NCBI RefSeq assembly: GCF_964188315.1
Contig: NC_135663.1
Location: forward strand, 25,978,001 to 26,042,000
Length of the DNA stretch: 64,000 bases
Reading direction: 5' to 3'
Origin: Podarcis muralis
Lineage: Eukaryota
The notes under the pieces: model-generated
The model's input: only the letters and a program-made list of their open reading frames with translations
The model's database searches: none
What the model was told of the DNA's origin: nothing
Part shown: piece by piece, positions 1 to 11,902 of the stretch
Numbering within the stretch: position 1 is the first letter of the stretch
Layout: every line of letters begins with the position of its first letter
Program-made: the position numbers and the translations under genes

Positions 1-107
1 GTTTTTTAAAAAAACAAAAGACTGTCTTTATGGACATGAGTAGCTAAAAATGCCACATGATTCAGCCCAAAGAGGATTTTCACATTGCACAGCTTGAAAA
101 GCTACCA

Positions 108-150
108 TTTTATTTGTTTGTTTGTTTGTTTGTTTGTTTGTGTTTGTTTC
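108..150. repeat. (GTTT)n microsatellite
   Basis: Read directly. Confidence 0.9.
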
Positions 151-2818
151 AACAAAAGCATCGTTTATAAGTCTTGGATTCCTTAATATTCACTCAGTTT
201 AATTACAACCTTTTATTTTGTACCCACTTTAATCTGTGAAGTATTAGTGTACAAGTGTGTCCACCAACGAAAAGGTTACACTGTGGAATGGATGCCAGCC
301 AGCCAGTTATTGGCTCTTCAGGATGCCAGCCAGCCAGTTATTGCCTTTTGGGGAAGCCTCCATTCCATTTTCTCTTCATCTTATTTTCTATTCTGTGATT
401 ATTTAACCTCAGTCCTCATTCAGTTTTTTTGTGGGGAGTGGTCCCCTAACCTTTTTGTTTCCCCTCCCCACTAACTTTTATTATATTTTTGCAAGCCTTT
501 TTGAGTCTTCCAAAGCTATTTTGTCTATATAAGGATTGGTACTCCATGAATTAAGGTCACTGCTAGTATAGAGGATGCTACCCATCAAAAGCTGTATTCT
601 GTATACAGCAGAAGATGACTTTTATTTTTGCATGTTACGAATTTTCAACCAGTGTGATGTTAAACAATCTATTCCCTTTCAATTATTGCTTTCCAAAAAA
701 TGTAAATGCTAAATGCAATACGCAACATTTACTTGAATCTTGTTTGGTGCAATTTATGAGTTGGTGGTTAGAAACAATATAGGAAGTGTAGCATCATCTT
801 TCTCTCATGAGTGGTGTGACCTTGCTTGGAGGGGTGGGGTAGTTTCTGTCCTCTTATAAAAACCCTTCCTCATGAAAAAACAGTGGGCTTTCACAACACA
901 GAAGGGGCATTGGTTTATAGGCCTGCGCATGGTCTCACAAGAGAACACTGTTCAATAGGCTTCAAAGCAATTCAGCTATGGCATAGCTGTGGCTGGGCCA
1001 CATGTAATATAGCCTGTAGCTCTTTAAAGAGGATTAGCTTCAGATCAGGAGGAGTATTCATCGCTGGGTTTCATGTAAAGCAGAATATGCTAATGAAATG
1101 GAAATGTCTACAGCAAACATTGCATGATAACATAAACCCTCGAAACTGAGCTTAGCGCCTTGATAGTCCACTCTGAGAGACAAATTTCTTTATCTTCATG
1201 TTAATCAGATGGGCAGGGGTGGGTGGGAGGGAGAGCATGATTTTACCACAGTAAGCCCTCTGAGGTAATTTATAGTTTCTCCACCACCACCAGCATATTA
1301 AGTCAAGCTAAATTCAGTGATGCTTTGCTCCCCCCCCCCCCATTTTGTATATGGTTTAGTTAAAGTAACTAACAGACACCCTAAGACAAATTGATTCACC
1401 ATGAAAAGCTATTTTTGCTTTTATTTTTACATTCCTGGAAAGCATGCTATAATTTAAATTGGCTGGAGAACCTGTGGCCTTCCAGAGGTTGATGGACTCG
1501 AGCTCCCATCAGCCCCAACCAGCATGGACAATGGTCAAGGATGATGGGAGTTGTAGTCCAGCAATATCTGGAGGACCACCAGTTTTCCACCCCTGGTGCA
1601 ACATGACAAAGAAATGGAGAAACAAGGGTTCTTCAGATGAATGGACAGGACTAAATGCAGTGCTAAAATTATAATGGTATTGATGGTGATCTAATGCTCA
1701 TAATGGGTGGGATTCAACTATTGCTATTGTTATTTATATACCATCTTTCATCAAGAGAACCCAGAATAAAATATAATTATTTACACAACTAAAAGCAACA
1801 AATCTGGCTAGCAGAAAACTGCAGAAGAGCTTCTCCTAGCATAGCAGGGCTCCCCTCCTCTCCTGCATGCCTAGGGTGCCCCTGTTCTAGATTGGGGGCA
1901 TTCTAGAACAGAATGCAGGAGAGGAGAGGGTTGGTGGTTCTGTCTGGCTTGCTGGAATGCTTACACTGATTGAACCATTGCCATAGCACCATGTTAAAAT
2001 CCAATAATAATAATGAGCTTAGAACTATTTAAAGCGTTTTTTTTCCACCACTCTGTTTTTTTACTGTTCTTAATTACTGTTACCATGATTTCTTCTTAAC
2101 TGTAACCCATGCACAACCCACGGTCAGTTCTGAGCAGCATTTGGGTCCCAGGCCAAACCTAGCATGGCTTGTTCCCTCATCCCCAAGTGATCACCTTCCA
2201 GGAGAATGGCCCTTGGTGGCAAGACAGGGTTGTGTGGGCCACCAAAGAAATGTCCAGATTATTCTAGATGTTGCATTCTAAATGCAAACGTGGCCTATGT
2301 TTCTATCCCCACTCTACATATGCCAGTGCTCTGAAGCCATGCTGAAACCTGGTTGTTGCCTGGGACAAATGTAGGCTTGGGTGGCATATCTGAAAGCGCC
2401 CACTTTTCTCGTTAGGTTTCTATCAATGAATTCTTCTATTCATTAGTCCCACATTCTGCCTACCCTCCATATGCACTTCCATTAGGGCAGGGGGATTTTA
2501 CAAAGTAAAAGAAATACGTGGCCAAAGGCAGAATTTTGAGGGAGTCATAACTTAGAGAACAAAAGCACCTGTTGTTTCCCCTAGTAATGACCTTAAAAGT
2601 ACAAGTTTGGACTGTTTCTCTCTAAATACGACCATCTCACAAGACATGGCTGCATGTGGAAAAGGGAATCGACATTAAGAGCAATAAATTTGAAAAGCTC
2701 ATTAAAAAGACATAATGAATTTGGTACACCACATATTTCTAGATCAAAGTTACCTTTGAAGTGACCAAACTCCAGCCTGTGAATCAGTGAAACTGCTTCC
2801 TTTCTGTTCTGATCTTAC

Positions 2819-3112
2819 TTGGTGGTGTCCAATAAAACAGAAGTTAAGGAAATTGTTGTTATCTGAATATGGCTAGAAGGAGCCATCTCTGAATGACAGT
2901 CTTGTCCCAAAGCAACAATTGTGGAAATCATTAGGAAGGCAAGGCCAAGTGACGCAAGGAATAAGGTTGTTTTTTGAGTTAATCTTTTCCTGCAGCCGTC
3001 GTCACCCGCAACTACCGTCCACTTGCTGTGTGAAACAGCGTAGTCTTTGTCAACGTTAACAGGGTCTGGGAAGACTTCTGATTCATGAATATGTATCATC
3101 AGCTCTCCATGT
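2819..3112 (-). CDS. Candidate exon of an unidentified antisense single-pass membrane-protein gene
   Basis: Acceptor tttgtctctgtAG at 3114-3113; open frame HGELMIHIHESEVF...RKRLTQKTTLFLASLGLAFLMISTIVALGQDCH...LLDTT; hydrophobic segment preceded by basic residues; donor-like AA|GTAAGA at 2818 overlaps a TAA. Confidence 0.45.
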
Positions 3113-3524
3113 CTACAGAGACAAACCCTTCAAAACTGCAATAACCACCGCCTTCCCCCCGCCCCCTCACCAACCAACCAGCCGCCCAAATCCTAAGCTA
3201 TTGGGCTGAGGGAGCTGAAATGCTAGCAAGTAATGTGAGCTCACGCTTTCGAAATGAACTAGAGGAACTTTCTGCTCTAAACCTTTCTTAGGACTCGTCG
3301 AAGCCTATAGAACACTTTCATTCTTCATGGGCAAATGGGCAAAACTTGCCATGACCTCTCAGGGGGAAAGAAACACTTTTGCATTTTAGTGTTCTGGCCT
3401 CAAGCATGAATAGCAAATGTTTCACTGCACACTGTACCGGTAGCGTGTTTTCAGTTGTTTTGCAAAACTAGCTGCATCTCAACTTCTGAGCTGTAAACCA
3501 CATAACGCTCACAAAGTTCCTCAC

Positions 3525-3577
3525 TTTAAATAGTCAGTCTGATACGAATAGGGCTTCTCGCATGAATCCTCACACAT
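3525..3577 (-). CDS. Candidate first coding exon of an unidentified antisense membrane-protein gene
   Basis: Acceptor ctaaac-tttttttAG at 3589-3588; gcaccATG at 3577; MCEDSCEKPYSYQTDYL(K); donor AA|GTGAGG; phase 2 matches the next exon. Confidence 0.4.
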
Positions 3578-4065
3578 GGTGCTTTTTCTAAAAAAATGTT
3601 TAGGGGTACTCTCATTTTCCTACCCATATTGAAATACTGCCCCTCAGTGAGGCCAAACTCACTGAGATAAAACTTTGATGACTAATACTGTATAGCCCGG
3701 TGGACAGAGTGCTGTATTTAGTCAAAGTGGGGTATGAATTACCGGTAGCTCTCAGCCTTAATTTGCTTTCTGTTATAACAGCTAACTCACAGGAAGGGAA
3801 AAGATAAAAGACCAGTCCTTATTCCAGCTGGAGTAAACTGAATGTCCTGTAACATATTCAAACTCCCAGCTATAAAGAAGTCAGAGGAAACATGCCTCTG
3901 AATACCAGTTGCTGAAAACTGGTGCTACTCAGATCCACTAGCAAGCTCTTCTTACGTTCTTAAGAAACAAACTATAATTAAGTTTTGCATTTTAGTGTAC
4001 TAGTATCCCAAATGAATAGCAAATGTGAGCAAATCATATTGTAAGGAAATATTGTTTCAAGGAAA

Positions 4066-4250
4066 AGATGTAGCTCAGTGGCAGAGCACATGTTTTTAAT
4101 GCAAAAAGGTCCCAGGTTCTGTTCCTGGCATTTCCAGGTAAGATGGGAAAGACTTCCATCTGAAACCATAGAAAGCCACTGCTGGTCAGAACTGACAATG
4201 CTGCATGGACCAATGGGTCTGATGCGGTCCTGTAGAGGGAAGCATTATGA
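4066..4250 (+). mobile_element. tRNA-derived SINE (Squam-like)
   Basis: A-box tagctcagtggc, B-box-like ggttc...tgg, body shared with the minus-strand copies near 20480-20650 and 36120-36260. Confidence 0.65.
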
Positions 4251-4424
4251 CCCAATGGTTATAGGCTGCTTTGAACATTATGTTTTTCGCAACCTAGTTG
4301 CTAGGAGACTGGAGCTACAATCCTATGAACATTTTTCTGGGAGTAAGCCCCACCGAATACAGCCGTACTTAAATCCAAGTTTAAAATGCATGGGATTGTG
4401 CTGTGAGTTTTTAATCTAGAAGGG

Positions 4425-4668
4425 CTTTGAGTCTCTCCTCTGCCATGAACTCGCCTTCATTATACACCTTTAGGTACCAGGCAAAAACGTTCCTCTTCAA
4501 CCAGGCCTTTGGCTGATTACATCTGATACCCTATTAAATGTGTGGGGAGAGGGTTTTTCTTTTTATTATGTATTTTGTGTGTTTTTATCTTGAACTTTTA
4601 TGTAGGGAACAGCCCTGAGATATACGGATGCAGGGCAGTATGCAAATTTAATAAACAACAACAACAAC
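4425..4668 (+). mobile_element. L2 LINE 3' end
   Basis: ttcaaccaggcctttggc 3' motif also present in the 61708 copy; aataaa(caa)n tail. Confidence 0.6.
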
Positions 4669-4949
4669 TTACTCTATAGGTGGCCTTATACCAATCAGTG
4701 TCCCACACCAGCGGTCTGCTGATATGGATAAAATGGTACTCAGCTGTCTTTTGTGTGTGCATGCTTTAAAAACAATGTTATTGTGCATAGTCCCAAACAG
4801 ACCATCATATAATTAACTGCATAATCCACTTAATCCCTCAGGCCTGAGGGTTTTCCACCCCTGTCATAGAGAATAGTAGGAACAGCTTTAGACACAGTAT
4901 TTGTGTCTGTGTGTGTGTGTGTGTCACATAGAAGATGGAGCCAGCTTGT

Positions 4950-5076
4950 TTTCTGCTGCTACAGAGGGTAGGACCCAAACAAATGGATTCAAATCACAAA
5001 AAAGGAGATTTCGGCTAAACATTAGGAAGAACTTGGTGACAATAAGAACTGAGTCCCTGTAAGGGAAAAGGGTGGG

Positions 5077-5112
<36 letters not shown>

Positions 5113-5292
5113 GCAGTGTTTGGAAGTGGAATGGACTACCTCAGAAGGTGGTGGACTCTCTCTCATTGGCAAGTTTTAAACAGGTTGGCTATCCATCTGC
5201 CAGAGATTCTTTAGCTGTGATTCCTGCCTTGCAGGGGTTGGGCTAGATGACCACTGGGGTCCCTTTCAACTCTAAAATCCTGTGATTCTAAT
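4950..5292 (+). mobile_element. CR1 LINE 3' end interrupted by a (TAA)n tract
   Basis: aaacattaggaagaac...ctagatgacc...caactcta...tgattcta CR1 terminus. Confidence 0.7.
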
Positions 5293-5933
5293 TAACCTCA
5301 GTGATAACGAGTTTTTTGGGGGGAGGTGCATAAATGACAGCAACAGAAAAAGGGGTAGCCTGCTTTATAAAGGTCTATCAGGTATACAGTGCTTCCCTAA
5401 TATCTAATATAACCCAAGTCCATCTCATAAAGCTTAATCTCTATAGTTTCTTTAAAAAGAAAAAATACAATCTCCTCTCTGCTCCAGGCTACTCTTGATC
5501 TCATTTCTAAACACAAGCACTTCTGCTGAGGGAAGAGGGGGTAGGGTAGACTGTGCAGGAACCAGCCCTCCTCGCCCCCTCCCCGTTTTTCCCATTTTGC
5601 CTGTTAATTGGCTGAGACCACCAGAATTTGGAGGACACAGATGTCACTGATAGTTTGCCTAGGGAGCACATTCATGCCCATCTGTTGCAGTCTAGAAGGC
5701 TGTTCATACATCCACAAGGCCTTCATTTAATTCTTGTCAGAAAGTAATGTAAATCCCGTTTACCTCAGAGGTCGCAGCCGAGATTTATGCCAATGAGCCC
5801 CTTGCAATTTACACACACGCACACTGTAGTTCTATAGGAGAAAAGAAACCCTTTCATGTGGGTGCATATTAACAAGAGAGCTTGCCTTAGGAAAGGCTGT
5901 CCCTGAGTCAGGGTTTTCCTTATTTTAATACAG

Positions 5934-6000
5934 CCGGTGCCGTTCGGTATACGAGGCTTTACAAAAAGAAAAAGCGTTTAAACTTGAAACCAGCAAACGA
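5934..6000 (+). other. Candidate non-coding 5' UTR exon of ALPK1
   Basis: ttttccttattttaatacAG acceptor-like site, CGA|GTAAGA donor, CpG-rich against an AT-rich background. Confidence 0.45.
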
Positions 6001-8647
6001 GTAAGATAGCAGCAGAGCCTCAAGCAAATAGCCATGCTTCATCTCTCATTCAGCACATTACAAATGAAATATCCTACCAATTTCTTGCTGTGGTTTCAAC
6101 ATATGTCAGTAGGGAGAAGTGCTGGCCTATTTGTGAAAGAAAAGAAAATATTTAGTTTTCTGCTTGGGGTGGTATTTACACCAGTGTGTTCAAAGAGCTT
6201 GTGTTTTATTTAAGGAAATCCTGCAACCAAGTAACAAACAAACAAAGAGATAAGCTCATCAGGTATAAATGTGTAGAAAAGTGAATGCTGATAATCCAGT
6301 TAATATCATCTAGACCTCCCTGGCTCATCTACAACCCGCAGTACACATCACAATAAATCTGTTTTAAAAACTTGCAGCTTCCCCACAAACTGTATGTGTT
6401 GTGTGGTGTGTTCCAACATTTCAAATCATATATTGCTGTAATATTATGCAATATCATTTATGATACCATATTCTTTACATTTAACTTCAAACTACAGTTG
6501 TAGGAAAGTACAGAAAAAAGAAATGCAGCGCTGCTCGTTTTGATAAGGAGAGAAACCTCATTAACTTGAAAGTTAAAATTTAAATCTGACCTTTTCAAAG
6601 GCCAGGCGTTTGGTGCTCAGCCCTGCTCTCCCTCTACAGGGCCATGGGACTCATGCTATTGAATTCCAAAGGGAGCAAAATCTGGCCCTTTAGAATGGCT
6701 AGATGCAAAGTGCAGTGTAGCGTAATGACATGGGTTCAAAGTGGCTTTGACAAGCACATACTTCAAAGTGCTGAAGGGGCAGGGGGAGAATTTGTACTTG
6801 GCTGTACATTTGGTATTTCATTTTAAAATGTGGCTCTAATATTGCAGTCCTATACTTTTCTACTCAGAAGTAAGTCCGGCTGAGCTTAGCAACGTAAGCA
6901 GGCATATAGCATTGCAGCCTAAATTTGCTTTTTAGATGACCTGCAGCGGAGAGCAAAAAGGCTGCATACAAACCATGTTGAAAGGAAAACAAGGATTAAA
7001 TCAGTAAAATTAGCCACTGGTGAGGAAACTATCCCAGATAATAGCTACGGTTCAGCACAGCCTTGCCTAGATTTGTATCACCGAATGCCTAGGAGAACAA
7101 GATCTGTTTTAACCTGGCACCAAAATCTCACCAGAGCTAGAGCATTCCGTGCCACCAGCGGAAGGGAATTTCTCATGAAAGTCAGGGAACTCTCCAGAAT
7201 GACCTAGAATTTGCCACAAGGAGCTGCAAGTGAGACGAGGAAACCAGCAAAAGTTAGGTGGGGGCAGCTTCTGCAAAGCCACATTCTCTGTCATTCCAGA
7301 AGTTTCCGCCAACTCTTCCTGAATGACAGGCGGTGGGGACTGAAGTGCTTACACAGGTGGGTCAGTAAAGCTTTGTTCCGCAAGCAGAGTTCTTGAATCC
7401 AAGCTTGTATCACTCTTGAAGTTACTCCTGATTGAAGCCAGGGCCAGAGTATGGACAGATTAGAATGGGGAAATTCTGTATGCCTCATTGTATCATAGAG
7501 TTGGAAGAGATCCCAATGGCCATCTAGTCCAATGCAGGAATATTTTGCCCAATGTGGGGCTCAAACCCACGGCCCTGAGATTAAGAGTCTCATGCTCTAC
7601 TGACTGAGCTATCCCATCAGTTTGAATTACTTACATATAGTGGTGTTTGTGAAAGTGATTCTTCTCCACTGACCCCAATCTTTTACTTGTTTGGAGACTT
7701 TAGAGAAGAAGGGAATACGCACACAACCCCCAAAAAGGGAAATAAGAAAACCTTTAATGTTAGTAATGAGCCTTGTGCTTCCAGATGTAATTTAAACATC
7801 ACTCCCTCCCCTCTCAGCTTTGCAAAAGGTTCCTTACACAACTAAAAGATTTGTATAATCACCAGCGCCTCCATTAATGGGCCACCATAATTTTACACCC
7901 AGAGAAATGGGAAGTTTCAGTGTAGCACTTAAAATAATTAAAAATGTTTATTTGAAAGTCAAAACAGCCCTGGCCCTAAATAATGATTTGCTTTTCTCAA
8001 TTGACTGCGCTAAGTCCCCACCGGACACTCCTGGGACGATCTTTATTTGTTCCCTGTTGGGATTAATCCATAAATGCAGTCTCCACGTGGAGCTCCTTGG
8101 GTCTTTGTTTCTTCCTCCTCATTGGTCTCTCTGGAATTGTAGCATAGCCTAAAGATCAAAATGAGGATGAGATTTATTTATTTATTTTTGCCTTGAGAGC
8201 GAAAGGGGCTTAGGGGTTTTAATTGGTTTTTCAGAATTTTATACTGTGAATATGGCTCCAATATTGCACCCAGTTTTTAAAGAAAGTAACGTTAAGAGTT
8301 GCCAGATGAGTAATGCTGCGTGATTTTTTTTTGCAGCAAGAACAACAAAGAGTCTCATGGGCAACTTATAGGCTAACACTGTCTTTTGCAGGTCAGAATC
8401 CACTTCGTCAGGTGCATGAAACGTACCAGAGGAAAACACTTCCTGCATCTGATGAAGTGGGCCCTTGTTCACAAAAGCTTATGACACGATAAACTTGTTA
8501 TCCTTCAAGGTGCCACTCCTTGTTGTTTGATAAAATTGTGAAGATCACCTATGTAAATAGGGATTCTCACTGGTTTGCAACGATTAACTGATGCCGGAAG
8601 CACTTCTCTAAAACAGAATGCAGAAGCTCTACAATGTTACAGCCTGA

Positions 8648-9818
8648 GGCTGCATTCACACAGCAGTTTATTCTGTTTCCAATATTCCAATGTTAATTTC
8701 TGCATTATATTTTGGCATCAAATCCACTTCCAGAAATCTAGCAGAAGTTTAGCGCTCATTTCTGTGCTGATTTCTTCCAGAAACAATCCATTTGCAACCC
8801 CATTAAACCAGAAAATTGTGGCAGTAAAGTGACAAAATTTGGGGCAGTATACCAGAGTATAGTTGCTTCCTGCCATTTTCATGGGTGATGCATCAGGTGC
8901 GAAAGGCTTGGGGCAGTAGTGGCATCGTCCAGTTATATTTGTTGTTTTGTCACACCACATCCACCGGTGTGAAATTCAGCGTGACTTGCCGGTACATTGG
9001 TAAAACACACACACACACACACACAGTTCCATGACACAACTGGTACCACAATGTGAAAGGAACATTACAAAACAGAAGCACTAACAATAGAATTAGGAAG
9101 AGTTGTCGTCGTCCTCCCCCCATATCTGAATGCACGCCATGTCTCCTTCATTACAACTTTGGAGTCTTTTTTCCTTATGGATCCTTCATTGTTCAAACTC
9201 GGATTCTTTTGCAGGATAGCATACATCTTTCACATTGATCGGCAAGTGGCTACAGTTCAGTTTGCATCTTTCATGTTAGCTGGCACAGTTTACATATGAC
9301 AGGCCTGAGTCACGCAAACCTTTTAACACAGTGAGTGGTGGGTACTGAATCTCTGACAAGGGAACCATCCAATTACATCACCAGGCACCCACAGAAACCA
9401 CCTTACAGTGGTGCCTCGAGTTAAGTACTTAATTTGTTCCAGAGGTCTGTTCTTAACCTGAAACTGTTCTTAACCTGAAGCACCACTTTAGCTACTGGGG
9501 CCTCCTGCTGCTGCCATGCCGCCGCCACACAATTTCTGTTCTCATCCTGAAGCAAAGTTCTTAACCCGAGGTACTATTTCTGGGTTAGCGGAGTCTGTAA
9601 CCTGAAGCGTATGTAACCTGAAGCGTATGTAACCCGAGGTACCACTGTATTTGAAAACAGCCATTTTCTTTCTGGAAGCAACTAACATGGAATTGAGCAC
9701 TAAACTTGCACTCTAGTCTACTAAAGTTCCAAGTGAGGCTTTTACATCCTGTGAAAGCTCAAGCATCATGTGGAAATTAACAGGGGAAAGTCATGAAAAG
9801 TGCCATGTGAATGCAGCC
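8648..9818. mobile_element. Non-autonomous PIF/Harbinger-like element carrying a nested mariner MITE
   Basis: Perfect 13-bp TIR GGCTGCATTCACA / TGTGAATGCAGCC; 3-bp TSD TGA on both sides. Confidence 0.7.
9406..9647. mobile_element. Tc1/mariner-type MITE
   Basis: TA flanks; TIR CAGTGGT(G/A)CCTCG; same family as 39959-40184 in opposite orientation. Confidence 0.85.
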
Positions 9819-10438
9819 TGAGGTTCACCAGAACTTTCCAGAGAATTGGGGGGAGAACTAGACATTGGGTTGCTGTTTCCCCTGCTTTCTGTTTTTCATA
9901 ATTCTTTTGTCTTGCCCCGATACAGCAGCATAGGAGGGGAAACTGAATGGTGTCTTTTTGTTGACTGGGAAGTTAGCAGGGGATTGCCTCTCCCCATCCA
10001 CCATGTTGTGCGTACAATTATCCAAGCACTTGTTCCCAAAGTGCTTCCTACCGTCTCCAGAAAGAGTATGTGATGTAACTCAGCTAGCATTTCTAGAAAT
10101 CACGGTGATTCGCTGTAGAGCAAGGTTAAAAGGTCTTGAAAACATGAGGGTTCCAGCATAAAACACTTGACTGCATGGAACCAACATGTGTGCAAATGAA
10201 TTCTATGTGTGCGCATGTGGCTGGCCACTTCACTGTTTGGGGCTTTTTACAGGGGTATTGAAAAGCAACCTCCTCTCTCCATGCTGTGGTACACGGACCC
10301 CAGAGTAATTTCACACCCTTCCCTAATAAAGTCCTCGGAGACTGTCATGTACTTCCCCTATTATCCCTCCCTGCTTGAGCCTTGCCGATAATTGATGATG
10401 CTTTAGTTAATCATCCTTCCCCTTCTTTTGTTCATCAG

Positions 10439-10551
10439 GTATCCCGGCCTAGAAAGGATCCTTTTCATTTAGAATTTGTGTCTTCTCCTCGGTAATTGAT
10501 CGCCATACACCCAAAGACGTGCACACCCCACCCAATTTTCAAGCGAGCAGC
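10439..10551 (+). other. ALPK1: 5' UTR part of the ALPK1 start-codon exon
   Basis: Pyrimidine tract ccttccccttcttttgttcatcAG ends at 10438; an in-frame TAG upstream of the ATG excludes an N-terminal extension. Confidence 0.7.
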
Positions 10552-10672
10552 ATGGATAATCAAAGAACGATGGCCGCTCTGTTGCAGGAATGCAAACAGA
10601 TGCTGGATCAGATCTCACCAGAGGTGCAGGACCAGTCTAAGAGAGACGAAAGCAGGCATCAGCAGTACAGAG
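10552..10672 (+). CDS. ALPK1: ALPK1 coding exon 1 (121 nt)
   Basis: ATG at 10552; MDNQRTMAALLQECKQMLDQISPEVQDQSKRDESRHQQYR resembles the human N-terminus ([20 protein letters not shown]); donor G|GTGAGA at 10673; likely acceptor ttcatcAG at 10437-10438 giving 113 nt of 5' UTR. Confidence 0.95.
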
Positions 10673-11397
10673 GTGAGATCCCAGTGACAAGTACTGGGTG
10701 CAAAACAGCCGACTGCCCTAAACTTCCACCCCATCTCCGGCCTGCCCTATTTCCCCCCCCCCCCCAAATCTCCTAGCAGATAAGTGTCAAAAGATTACTG
10801 GATTTCTAGGACATGAATGGGATGTGAGCTAGGAGGCAGGCAGGGAAGGAAGCCCACTTTGTACCAGTGAATTGCTGTCAGTTCTCATTTAAAGCTTCAG
10901 TAAACATGAGGCTATAAGGAGCGGTTTTCGTTTAAGAAAAACAATGCTTCCAAAGTTTGGCGATGCACATAAATTTCAATTATAAAAAAGGGGGAGGGGA
11001 AATAATGCAACTTCTGAATGGCGGCTGTTTGCTGTCCTTTCACTGAGAGTATATCCCCTTCATTAAAGCATTTGACCGTTTCCCCTAATGCAACTCCCAA
11101 CATTTGAATTCCCAGATATTTTTCTCTCTGTATAAAAGTTCATCATCTACAAAAGTGTTTTGAAAATAAAAATGGTTCTGGGTGTTAGAGGAACATTTGC
11201 AGGCAACGGATACTTTGAAGAGCGGTACGTAAATACCAGGGAAACATTGAAAGAGTTTTTGTTTTATTGAATATGATATGAAAAAGAAACAATTTATTGA
11301 AGAAACCATTTGTTGAAATAGGAAGACGATCTGTTAGGTCATCTGATGAAGCAAACTCTTGCCTGTGCATAGTCGTTCCATGATCCATTTGTTAGTC

Positions 11398-11432
<35 letters not shown>

Positions 11433-11773
11433 CCATTTGACTAGGTTGCCCCAGCCACACTGGGTGGCTTCCAACAAATTGAAAACATTAAGCACAGTAA
11501 GACATCAAACATTAAGAACTTCCTTATACAAGGCTGCCTTCAGATGTCTTCTAAAGGTTATATAGTTGTTCATCTCTTTGACATCTGATGGGAGGGCGTT
11601 CCACAGGGAGGGTGCCACTACTGAGAAGGCCCCCTGCCCGGTTCCCTGTAACCTCACCTTTCTCAGCGAAGGAACCTCAGAAGGCCCTCAGTGCTGGGCT
11701 TCAGTGTCCAGGCTGAACGGTGGGGATGGAGATGCTCCTTAAGGTGCCACAAGACTTGTTATTGTGTCCAGAA
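11398..11773 (-). mobile_element. L2 LINE 3' fragment with (AAT)n tail
   Basis: Homologous to 11861-12290; microsatellite tail. Confidence 0.75.
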
Positions 11774-11858
11774 GCCTCTTTATGGGGTTTTTCCTGCAGC
11801 AGATTACCATGGCTAGCTCTTCCAAAATACTCCAGATAAAGCTACCACAAGATGTGCC

Positions 11859-11860
<2 letters not shown>

Positions 11861-11902
<42 letters not shown>

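Noticed and set aside
290-343. 23-bp direct duplication (ggatgccagccagccagttattg, period 31)
   Set aside because: Two copies only; most simply a slippage event with no other support
2754-3112. Naming the antisense protein as CD38-like, POMK-like or a C-type lectin
   Set aside because: Only short motif resemblances (VAGDDGC..RL, FGHFK, FEGLCY further downstream); the diagnostic cysteines and catalytic motifs are absent
4066-4140. tRNA gene
   Set aside because: Only the A/B-box head of a SINE; no complete cloverleaf, and it continues into the SINE body. The same applies to the Sauria SINE heads
4924-5172. Poly-Tyr ORFs (also 11359-11565)
   Set aside because: Translations of (TAT)n microsatellite tails of retroposons
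1-10438. TIFA, expected head-to-head with ALPK1
   Set aside because: No ORF with an FHA domain or an EDADTEET-like N-terminus; it probably lies outside the window
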